From positions 16,503-80,502 of the forward strand of contig CAZEXP010000006.1 of the NCBI GenBank assembly GCA_964516845.1: a stretch of DNA of 64,000 nt, written 5' to 3'. Under the pieces are notes generated by a model. The model worked only from the letters and a program-made list of their open reading frames with translations, did not search any database and was not told the origin of the DNA. Each line of letters begins with the position of its first letter. Position 1 is the first letter of the stretch. Made by a program: the position numbers and the translations under genes. Shown piece after piece: positions 9,105 through 16,994 of the stretch. The DNA comes from an uncultured bacterium. Its GTDB lineage: Bacteria; Joyebacterota; Joyebacteria; Joyebacterales; Joyebacteraceae.

Positions 9105-10691
9105 ATGAGACTGCGACACACGTGGGCGGCGGCTGCGATCATCCTGGCGGCGTCCTGCCTCTCGGCGTGCGCCCGGGGAAGCGAGGAGACGATGAGCAGC
9201 GAACGCTACGAAGTGAGACGCCCCGTGGTCGCGGGGACGTTCTATCCCGGTGACGCCGCGGAACTTGGCGCCGAGGTCGACGGATATCTGGAAGACGCCG
9301 AGCAGCTCGAGCTTCCCGGCGAGATCGCGGCCGTCATCGCGCCGCACGCGGGATATGCCTATTCGGGCGGGGTAGCCGGTGCGGCGTATGCGCAGCTTCG
9401 CGGGTATTCGTTCGACACGGTCGTCGTGGTTGCGCCGTCGCACCGCGCGGCGTTCCGCGGGTCCTCCGTTTACGGAGGGGATGCGTATGAGACGCCGCTG
9501 GGGACCGTTCCTGTCGATGAGACACTCGCGGACGCCATCCGCGGGCGCGGTGAGGCGTTCGCCTATCGGCCGGGGGCGCATTCGGCCGAGCACTCGCTCG
9601 AGGTCCAGGTTCCGTTCCTTCAGCGTGTGCTGGAGGACTTCGCGATCGTGCCGATCGTGATGGGGGAGCAGACCGAGTCGGCCGTGCGGGCGCTGGCGGG
9701 CGCCATCGCCCGGGCGGTCGAGGGGACCTCGTCGCGCGTTCTTCTCGTGGCCAGCACCGACCTGTCGCACTATCACGACCAGCAGAGCGCGAACGCGCTC
9801 GACCGCGTCCTGGTTGACCGCGTCGCCGCCTTCGATCCGGAGGGGCTTCTGGCCGACCTCGCCGCGGGCCGATGCGAAGCGTGCGGGGGAGGACCGACGG
9901 CCGTCGTCATGATGGCGGCCAGACACCTCGGAGCCGATCGCGCCACCGTCGTGAGGTACGCGACGTCCGGCGACGTCTCGGGAGACATGAGCCAGGTCGT
10001 GGGATATCTCTCCGCGGTCCTGACTCGACGGCCCGCGGAGCAGAACGCCACGACGTCGGCCGGTGCGACGCCAGCGGCGCCGGGCACTGGGGACGGGAGC
10101 GGGTCCGCCGGGGACGCCGTGGCTCCGTACGAAGGTCTGACGAACGACGAACGCCTTACGCTGCTCGGACTCGCGCGCGCGACCGTTGAGGCCGCCGTGC
10201 GTGGTAAGCCGCTGCCGGGTCTCGATGCGGTCACGCCGGCTCTCTCGACGCCGTGTGGTGGATTCGTCACGCTCGACAAGCGTGGGCAACTGAGAGGGTG
10301 CATCGGGTACGTCGTCGCCGTGAAGCCGCTCCACGAGACGGTCTCCGAGATGGCGGTTCAGGCGGCGCTTCACGATCCGCGGTTCCCCGCGGTGACCGCT
10401 TCGGAGCTCCCCGACATCGAGATCGAGATCTCCGTGCTCTCGCCGCTGCTGGCGGTCGATGACGTCTCCGAGATCCAGGTCGGCCGCGACGGGCTCGTCA
10501 TCAGAGGACGCGGGACGAGCGGGCTGTTGCTCCCACAGGTGGCCTCCGAACGCGGATGGGACCGGGAGACGTTCCTCGATCAGACATGCGTGAAAGCGGG
10601 TTTGCCTCCGGGGACCTGGCGTGAGCGGGACATCACGATCCAACGCTTCTCGGCCGAGGTCTTCAGCGAGAAGGATATGGGCCTGCGGTGA
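9105..10691 (+). CDS. Fused AmmeMemoRadiSam system protein B (MEMO1-like) and protein A (AMMECR1 domain), with an N-terminal lipoprotein signal peptide
   Basis: 528 aa. N-terminus MRLRHTWAAAAIILAASCLSAC gives a positive n-region, a hydrophobic core and an LSAC lipobox. MEMO motifs APHAGYAYSG and TDLSHYHD are present. An Ala/Gly/Thr-rich linker follows, then a C-terminal AMMECR1 domain (PCGGFVTLDKRGQLRGCIGY). Directly followed by the cognate radical SAM gene. Confidence 0.8.
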   Translation: MRLRHTWAAAAIILAASCLSACARGSEETMSSERYEVRRPVVAGTFYPGDAAELGAEVDGYLEDAEQLELPGEIAAVIAPHAGYAYSGGVAGAAYAQLRGYSFDTVVVVAPSHRAAFRGSSVYGGDAYETPLGTVPVDETLADAIRGRGEAFAYRPGAHSAEHSLEVQVPFLQRVLEDFAIVPIVMGEQTESAVRALAGAIARAVEGTSSRVLLVASTDLSHYHDQQSANALDRVLVDRVAAFDPEGLLADLAAGRCEACGGGPTAVVMMAARHLGADRATVVRYATSGDVSGDMSQVVGYLSAVLTRRPAEQNATTSAGATPAAPGTGDGSGSAGDAVAPYEGLTNDERLTLLGLARATVEAAVRGKPLPGLDAVTPALSTPCGGFVTLDKRGQLRGCIGYVVAVKPLHETVSEMAVQAALHDPRFPAVTASELPDIEIEISVLSPLLAVDDVSEIQVGRDGLVIRGRGTSGLLLPQVASERGWDRETFLDQTCVKAGLPPGTWRERDITIQRFSAEVFSEKDMGLR

Positions 10692-10722
10692 CGTCGCGGG
10701 TGAGCGAAGGTCGGGAGGCATC

Positions 10723-11838
10723 ATGAGGTGGTTCACGCCCCTGCTGCTGACAGCGGCGCTCGCGGTCGGAATTCTCGGCGTCACTGGTCTGGTGACGTCC
10801 GGTTCCGACGGCGGCGCTCCGGGGTACACCGACCCGCGTGTCGCGCTCTACTGGGAGGACGCGGGCGGAGGGAACGTCCGGTGCACGCTGTGTCCCCGCC
10901 GGTGTGTCGTGCCGCCGGGCGCGCGAGGGCATTGCGGCGTCCGTGAGAACCGCGGCGGGACCTACTACACGCTCTCGTACGGCAACCCGTGCGCCGTGCA
11001 CGTCGACCCTATCGAAAAGAAGCCCTTCTATCATTTCCTGCCGACAACCTCATCGTTCTCGATCGCGGTGGCCGGGTGCAATCTCGACTGCAAGTTCTGT
11101 CAGAACTGGCATATCTCGCAGCGTCGACCCGAGGAGACGTACAACTACAGGCTTCCGCCCGAGGAACTCGTCGACCTCGCCCTTGAGAGCGGGTGCAACA
11201 GCATCGCCTACACCTACTCGGAACCGACCATCTTCTACGAGTACATGCTCGACTGCGCGCGGGAGGCGCGGGGGCGCGGTCTGCGGAACGTCTATCACTC
11301 CAACGGATTCATCAATGAACAACCGCTCCGCGAGCTCTGTTCGTACCTCGATGCCGCGAACATCGATCTCAAGGGTTTCACGGAGGAGTACTACTCGGAG
11401 ATGACCGGAGGAAGCCTCGCGCCGGTGCTGCGGTCGCTCCGGATCCTCGTCGAGGAGGGTGTGCATCTGGAACTGACGACGCTCGTGGTCCCGGGCGGGA
11501 ACGACGACCCCGACGATCTCCGGGCGATGTGCCGCTGGATCCACGAGAATCTGGGGGACTCGGTTCCGCTCCACTTCTCGCGATTCCACCCGCAGTATCA
11601 GCTGACCGGGCTGGCGCCGACGCCGCTGGCAACGCTCGAACTCGCGCGGCGGACGGCGCTCGAGGAAGGGCTCCGCTTCGTCTATATCGGCAACATCCCC
11701 GGACACGAGGCGAACAGCACCTACTGTCCCTCCTGTGGCGAGCTGCTGATCTATCGGGTCGGGTATGACGTTGAGATCCGGGGGCTCGATGCGGGGGTGT
11801 GCGCGACGTGTGGTGATGTCATCGAGGGCGTCTGGTAG
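10723..11838 (+). CDS. AmmeMemoRadiSam system radical SAM enzyme (AmrS-like) with an N-terminal hydrophobic anchor/signal
   Basis: ATG at 10723 preceded by a GGGAGG Shine-Dalgarno. N-terminus MRWFTPLLLTAALAVGILGVTGLV is a predicted TM helix or signal. It is followed by the AmrS-type Cys cluster CTLCPRRC...HCGVREN and the radical SAM motif CNLDCKFC (CX3CX2C). The C-terminus carries a second Cys cluster, CPSCGELL...CATCG. Confidence 0.8.
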   Translation: MRWFTPLLLTAALAVGILGVTGLVTSGSDGGAPGYTDPRVALYWEDAGGGNVRCTLCPRRCVVPPGARGHCGVRENRGGTYYTLSYGNPCAVHVDPIEKKPFYHFLPTTSSFSIAVAGCNLDCKFCQNWHISQRRPEETYNYRLPPEELVDLALESGCNSIAYTYSEPTIFYEYMLDCAREARGRGLRNVYHSNGFINEQPLRELCSYLDAANIDLKGFTEEYYSEMTGGSLAPVLRSLRILVEEGVHLELTTLVVPGGNDDPDDLRAMCRWIHENLGDSVPLHFSRFHPQYQLTGLAPTPLATLELARRTALEEGLRFVYIGNIPGHEANSTYCPSCGELLIYRVGYDVEIRGLDAGVCATCGDVIEGVW

Positions 11839-11896
11839 CGTTCGTGCGGGTGATGGGCGCTCCGCAAGCGCCCACACAGTGGGGGGCACCGCGAGG

Positions 11897-11925
11897 TTGA
11901 CAGGCCGCTCACCATCGTCTATTGT
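11897..11925 (+). promoter_or_regulatory. Near-consensus sigma70-type promoter upstream of the beta-helix gene
   Basis: TTGACA (11897-11902), a 17-nt spacer, then TATTGT (11920-11925). A GAAGGAGG Shine-Dalgarno precedes ATG 11996. Confidence 0.45.
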
Positions 11926-11995
11926 CTAGGTGAAGTATATCCAGGTTCAGCGACCGGAGATCTTGGAACCTCTCAGTAGCGAGAAGGAGGAGCAG

Positions 11996-13009
11996 ATGCG
12001 TTGTCTCCTGGTGGTTCTCATTGTGGGGCTCTTCGCGGCGGTCGGGATGGCCGACGTGATCGTGGTGCCGGATGAGGAGAACGATATCGAGTGCATCCAG
12101 CAGGGTCTGGACCTCGCTTCGGCCGGCGACACCGTGCTCGTATACGCCGGCGTCTACGACAGCGTGCATTACTTCCAGACGCCCATCGGGACGCGGTCCG
12201 CTATTTGCCAGCTCAAGGATGGCGTGACGATTCGGGGCATCGATCGGGACGACGTGGTGATCGATCACACCGATGCGGACTACGGCATTCTCTGTGTGGA
12301 CGTGGGAAGCGGCGCTCAGGTGAAGGCCCTGACGGTCGTGGGCGGTGTGTCGGTTCGACAGGACAACGTCATCGACGGTGACGGGAGAGATCTTCGGGCG
12401 GGGATCAGCTGTCTTTCGAACGCCTCGCCGGTCATCCGCTACGTCACGATCGAGGAGTCCTCGACGGGTCTGTTGTGCCGCACCAACTGCGCGCCGACCG
12501 TTGAAAACTGCCTTATCGTGCGCGGTGGCCACCACGGCGTCTATGTCTACATGAACGGCGCGACGCCGGTCACGCTCGACCGCATGACCATCGTCGGCAA
12601 CTTCGATTACGGTGTGTACGTGTTCAGCGGCGCGGTGGATGTATCGAACTCGTGCATCACTCATAACCACAAGTCCGGCGTCTACGACTATCTGTCGACG
12701 GTGGGCGTGGACCACTGCAACGTCTACTGGAACGACTATGTCAGCACCGACTTTCTCAATTACGGCGGGGGTCTTGCCGACCAGACCGGTCTGAACGGGA
12801 ACATCTCCGAGGAGCCGTACTACTGCGACTACGTTGGTGATGTGGGGTATGACTACCAGGTCTGCTTCACCTCGCCGAACGTCGATGCGGGCGTGGGCGG
12901 TTCCGACATCGGAGCCGATACCAGCGGGTTCGGAGTCGGTTCCTGCTCGAACTGTGTCTCGCCGGTGAGTCAGGTCAGCTGGGGCGCGATCAAGGCGCTC
13001 TATCGCTGA
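11996..13009 (+). CDS. Secreted Cys-rich right-handed beta-helix (pectin-lyase-fold-like) protein
   Basis: Start taken at MRCLLVVLIVGLFAAVGMA (signal peptide) after a strong Shine-Dalgarno. Repeated segments such as GVYVYMN/GVYVFSG/GVYDYL and NCLIVRGG resemble parallel beta-helix repeats. About 20 Cys residues. No recognisable enzyme motif. Confidence 0.55.
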   Translation: MRCLLVVLIVGLFAAVGMADVIVVPDEENDIECIQQGLDLASAGDTVLVYAGVYDSVHYFQTPIGTRSAICQLKDGVTIRGIDRDDVVIDHTDADYGILCVDVGSGAQVKALTVVGGVSVRQDNVIDGDGRDLRAGISCLSNASPVIRYVTIEESSTGLLCRTNCAPTVENCLIVRGGHHGVYVYMNGATPVTLDRMTIVGNFDYGVYVFSGAVDVSNSCITHNHKSGVYDYLSTVGVDHCNVYWNDYVSTDFLNYGGGLADQTGLNGNISEEPYYCDYVGDVGYDYQVCFTSPNVDAGVGGSDIGADTSGFGVGSCSNCVSPVSQVSWGAIKALYR

Positions 13010-13075
13010 TAGGCAGCTCCGGGCTTTCGCCCGACGCATCATGTGCGCGGCAGGACTGCGCTATTCGACCATTAC

Positions 13076-13110
13076 GAGGCCGTCTCTTCGGAGGCGGCCT
13101 CGTTGTTTGC
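13076..13110. terminator. Bidirectional intrinsic-terminator-like hairpin between convergent genes
   Basis: GAGGCCG-T-CTC-TTCG-GAG-G-CGGCCTC: a 7+3 bp GC stem with a UUCG tetraloop, followed by GTTGTTTG. It lies between the + strand gene ending at 13009 and the - strand gene ending at 13120. Confidence 0.4.
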
Positions 13111-13119
13111 GCATAGATC

Positions 13120-15486
13120 TCAGCGTGTTGGAGCCGTGAGGGTGAGCGACGCGAGAACCGAGGCGTTGAGGACGGCGAGACCGATCATCGTGCCGAGCGT
13201 TCCGAGGACCGGCAGGAGAAGCACGGAAGCCGTGATGGCTCCGAGCGCCGCCCCGAAGAGATCGGCCGAGTAGAGGGCGCCGCCTTGCCGTGTCACGTCC
13301 GCCCCGCTTCGCCCGCGGAGAATGGACGTCGCGAGCGGGAACTGGATACCGGCGAGCACGGCGGACGCGGCGACGAGGGCGGGGAAGAGGGCGGCGCCGG
13401 CAAAGCCTGAGGAGGCCGCCGCTCCAAGGCGGGCGACGGCGATCCCGAAGCCGACCGGGACCGCGGTCAGTCCGCACTGCAGGAGGATGTACCCGCGGTC
13501 GAGCGTCGGCAGCGACGTCATGCGCGTGCCAAGCCACCCGCCGAGCGCGAGTCCCAGCATGAACGCGGCGGTGATGAGCGCCAGGTGGCCGTAGACGTAC
13601 CCGTAGAAGCTCTGATACGCCACGATGGCCGATATCTCCAGTGTCATTTCCGTGAATCCGACAACGACGACCGAGAGGATCACTGCACGGGCGAACGACG
13701 CGCGACGCGTCGCACTCGTCCCGACCGCGGATCGTCTCCGAGAGAGGATACGGGGAGCCGCTCCGAATGTGATGGCGAGAAGGGCGGCGAATGCGGTGAG
13801 TCTCGACAGATCGACGGCCCGCCGACCGGTCTCGAGGAGGCGGCTCGTGCCGCTCCGAAGCTGCGAGCGGACGACGAGACCGGCGAGGTACCCGCGCGGG
13901 CTGAGGTCGCGGTTCAGTCCTGCCGTGGACGCTCGACCGATCGCTTCGTCGCCCGCTTCCAGTCTGGCTGAGCTGAAGCGGTCCTCGAGATAGTATCGAG
14001 CGATGAAACGTGTGTCGATCCCGCGTCTCTCGACTTCGTCGGCGAGCTGTGAGCCTCCGCGGATGAGCCGCGAGGCCGGACCGCCGGCGACGACGTGGGA
14101 TGGGTCTCCCGGGAGCAGCGCGACCCGGGAAAAGGCGCTCTCGAGCGACTCCATGAGACAGAGAACGAACTCGGCGAGGTCTGGAGGGATGTAGTTCTCA
14201 GACCCGGAGACCGTCAGGGCGATGACGCCGTCATCCGCGAGCACGCGGCGTGCCTCCCGGAAGAACTCGACCGTGTAGAGGCGGTTGAGCTGCGTGGTCG
14301 TCGGATCGGGGACGTTGAGGATGATGACGTCATAGCGTGCGTCCGTCGTGCGGATGAACAGCCTCGCGTCGCCATGGTGCGTCCGGACACGCTCGTCCCC
14401 GAGTCCTGCCAGGAGCGAATCGTGGAAGGCCTCCCGCGCTGTGAACAGCAGCGCCGGGTCCAGCTCGACGTAGTCGATGCTCCGAACCGACGGGTGCTTG
14501 AGCGCCTCGGCGATCGAACCGCCGAGACCGCCGCCGACGAGCAGTACGCGTTCGGGCGCGGGGTGTTGAAGCATGGGGATGTGTACTGCTTCCTCAGCCG
14601 CGAGTTGATCGGGGGCGGACCCGGCGAGTACGCCGCTCTCGTAGATGCTGAGCTGGCCGTCCCGTCGCGTCGCCACGACCCGACCGTGCACGGAATCGTG
14701 CGAGAGCACGAAGCCGAGTTCGGACCACTGAGCGCGCACGGTCATCTCATCCAGACTGCCCCCGAGCGGCGAGAGAAGCGCGACGCCGACAAGACCGGTG
14801 AGGACCAGGGCGAGCTGCGCGGGCGCCCGGCGCGGGAGGAGCCGGAGCGCCGAGAGCGTCAGCAGCAGCGTGCAGAGACCGGCGATCGCCAACGGCTGGA
14901 GATGCGGGATGAGCACGAAGCTCAGAAGGACGCCGGAGCACACGGCCCCCGCGGCCTCCATCGTGTAGACGCGCGCGGTGGTGTCGAGACGGTCATTGCC
15001 GGCGTTCACGGCGAGGACGCGGACAGTGAGACTGAAGGCGGCGCCCGCAGCGAGGGCGAGAGGGCCGGCGGCGAACACCGCGGCGACCAGAAGCTGTCCC
15101 GGACCGGCAAGCTCACCGGCGTGAGCCCCGAGGAGAGCGCGTCCGGCCCTCGCCGCGAGAAGGGAGAGCGGGCTGAGAAGCGCGAGGGCCGCCAGAACGG
15201 CGGCCAGGCGGGTGTGAGGTGACCGCGTTCTCCAGAAGAGCCTGCCGCCGAGCGCGCTGCCGAGTCCTGCAGCGAGGAGCCAGACGGCCAGAGCGATCCC
15301 GAACGAGGTCTCATCTCCGAGCCACGCGACCATGAGTTCGCGAAGAACCATGGTCTGCACGAGGATCGTCGAGAAGCCGAGTGTCAGGGCCGCCAGGTGT
15401 CCCGGCCCCGGGAACCGCCCCGGTCGGGGACGTCCGGGAGCGGAGCAGGACCGGCCAGGGAACGTGTTCGAGTCGCTTCCATGCAT
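13120..15486 (-). CDS. Membrane-embedded spermidine/spermine-synthase-like protein (polytopic N- and C-terminal domains flanking a SpeE-like methyltransferase-fold core)
   Basis: 788 aa. Multiple hydrophobic helices at both ends. The central region VLLVGGGLGGSIAEALKHP...VDYVELDPALL...VIILNVPDP resembles the aminopropyltransferase (SpeE) fold. Confidence 0.6.
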   Translation of the reverse strand: MHGSDSNTFPGRSCSAPGRPRPGRFPGPGHLAALTLGFSTILVQTMVLRELMVAWLGDETSFGIALAVWLLAAGLGSALGGRLFWRTRSPHTRLAAVLAALALLSPLSLLAARAGRALLGAHAGELAGPGQLLVAAVFAAGPLALAAGAAFSLTVRVLAVNAGNDRLDTTARVYTMEAAGAVCSGVLLSFVLIPHLQPLAIAGLCTLLLTLSALRLLPRRAPAQLALVLTGLVGVALLSPLGGSLDEMTVRAQWSELGFVLSHDSVHGRVVATRRDGQLSIYESGVLAGSAPDQLAAEEAVHIPMLQHPAPERVLLVGGGLGGSIAEALKHPSVRSIDYVELDPALLFTAREAFHDSLLAGLGDERVRTHHGDARLFIRTTDARYDVIILNVPDPTTTQLNRLYTVEFFREARRVLADDGVIALTVSGSENYIPPDLAEFVLCLMESLESAFSRVALLPGDPSHVVAGGPASRLIRGGSQLADEVERRGIDTRFIARYYLEDRFSSARLEAGDEAIGRASTAGLNRDLSPRGYLAGLVVRSQLRSGTSRLLETGRRAVDLSRLTAFAALLAITFGAAPRILSRRRSAVGTSATRRASFARAVILSVVVVGFTEMTLEISAIVAYQSFYGYVYGHLALITAAFMLGLALGGWLGTRMTSLPTLDRGYILLQCGLTAVPVGFGIAVARLGAAASSGFAGAALFPALVAASAVLAGIQFPLATSILRGRSGADVTRQGGALYSADLFGAALGAITASVLLLPVLGTLGTMIGLAVLNASVLASLTLTAPTR

Positions 15487-15784
15487 GGTTCGCAGAGTCT
15501 AGCAGACCGGGTGGGCGGGGAGGCGTTTCGGGACGCCGAAATGACGACAGGGTCGTCGGTTAGGTCATGAGAAAAGCGTTGACACCTTTGAACGGGGTCT
15601 GCTAGCCTACGAGCCAACGCGGGCGAACGGTGGGCCGGGGTTCACCGATCGCCACGCCGTTCGGTATGACACACTGGGCGAGCGATGCCGGGGAACGCGC
15701 GGATCCCCGACAGGCGCATACGTCGGTGTGTGCGTCTGATATTCTGGCGCTCGCCGTGGACGCGGCCGGGGTCAGGCTGTCAGG

Positions 15785-16993
15785 ATGTCCGATATCTCCG
15801 GGCTCCAGGCATCGGTTGTGGAGGAACGCATGGCAGCACGCGAGACACGGGGCGGCTCAGCAGCGGGTGAGCCGTCGGTCTCCCAGATGAGCGACTCGAA
15901 GCCGAAGGTCGCGAAGACGTCACGTCTTGGCCGCCTGCTTGGGACGTATATCGAGCGCTTCGACAGGCCGGAGCCGATCTCGTTCGGAGCGGCTTTCGGG
16001 AGCGTCGAGCGCGTGCTCGTCATCCCGGAGTGTGGAGTTGCGGGCGCGCTGTTCGCGGTTCCGACGCTTCGCGCGATGCGCCGCGGGTTCCCACGGGGGA
16101 AGATCGCAGTGCTCGTGCGTGACGAGGACAAGGAGCTGCTCGAAGGCTTGATCGAGGTGGACCGCGTTATCGGCTACTCGCTGCCGCGCGGCATGAAACG
16201 CTTGTCGGCGTTCATGACCCTTGCGAAGCGGCTGAAGTCCTACCGGTTCGATGTCGCCATACTGCTCGACCGGCAGTCGGATTTCGAGAGGATCTACCTC
16301 TGCTACATGACCGGCGCCAAGATCCGTGCAGGACTCCAGGGAGACGAGAGCCACCCGTTCCTCAACCTCGAGGTGAGCCGGCGGGTCTCCGGGAGCACGC
16401 GTGCCCAACTCGGTCTGGAGATCGCAGGCGTCATGGGTATTGACGTGAGCGAACTCGGCTTGAGGTGGGAGGTCCCCGAGCAGGAGCGCCGAACGGCCGA
16501 GCAGCTCATCCACTTCAGGAAGCCGCGCGAGGATGAGCTCCTGATCGGTTTTGATCCCGGTCCCGGTCGGGGAGGGACGTCCGTTTCAACGGCGCAGCAG
16601 GCGAAGCTTCTCGACCAGTTGTGCGCCGACTACAACGCGCGCGCCATTCTTCTGACATCACCCGAGCACCACGACCATGCGAAGAAGCTCGAGAGTCTCT
16701 TGTCAAGGGAACCGATCTTCGTGCAGCAGCGTCGTACGCGCGACGTCGTGAGCCTCCTGGGCCAGTGCGACCTGTTCGTCGCGGGCAACACCGATCTGGT
16801 CTACTTCGCCATCGCCCTCGGCATACCGACCGTCTCCATGATGACCGCCGGCGAACTCGAGGCGGAGGCGTACCCGGATCGGGGTTGTCTGGAGATCATC
16901 ACGCTGGTTCCGGGTGACCGGTTCCCCATCGAGGAGTTCATGGAGAGGACGCAGAGCGCGATGCTGCGCGGAGCGTCGGAGGAGGGCGGCTAG
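15785..16993 (+). CDS. Glycosyltransferase family 9 (heptosyltransferase-like) protein, divergent
   Basis: 402 aa. GT9-like organisation (N-terminal VLVIPECGVAGALFAVPTLRAM..., C-terminal ...LFVAGNTDLVYFAIALGIPTVS). The N-terminal ~60 aa are low complexity, so the start is uncertain. Confidence 0.6.
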   Translation: MSDISGLQASVVEERMAARETRGGSAAGEPSVSQMSDSKPKVAKTSRLGRLLGTYIERFDRPEPISFGAAFGSVERVLVIPECGVAGALFAVPTLRAMRRGFPRGKIAVLVRDEDKELLEGLIEVDRVIGYSLPRGMKRLSAFMTLAKRLKSYRFDVAILLDRQSDFERIYLCYMTGAKIRAGLQGDESHPFLNLEVSRRVSGSTRAQLGLEIAGVMGIDVSELGLRWEVPEQERRTAEQLIHFRKPREDELLIGFDPGPGRGGTSVSTAQQAKLLDQLCADYNARAILLTSPEHHDHAKKLESLLSREPIFVQQRRTRDVVSLLGQCDLFVAGNTDLVYFAIALGIPTVSMMTAGELEAEAYPDRGCLEIITLVPGDRFPIEEFMERTQSAMLRGASEEGG

Positions 16994-16994
16994 G

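Noticed and set aside
10621-10722. Upstream 34 codons of the annotated 405-aa rSAM ORF (MSGTSRSNASRPRSS...)
   Set aside because: They overlap the 3' end of the Memo-AMMECR1 gene out of frame. ATG 10723 with a GGGAGG Shine-Dalgarno is the credible start.
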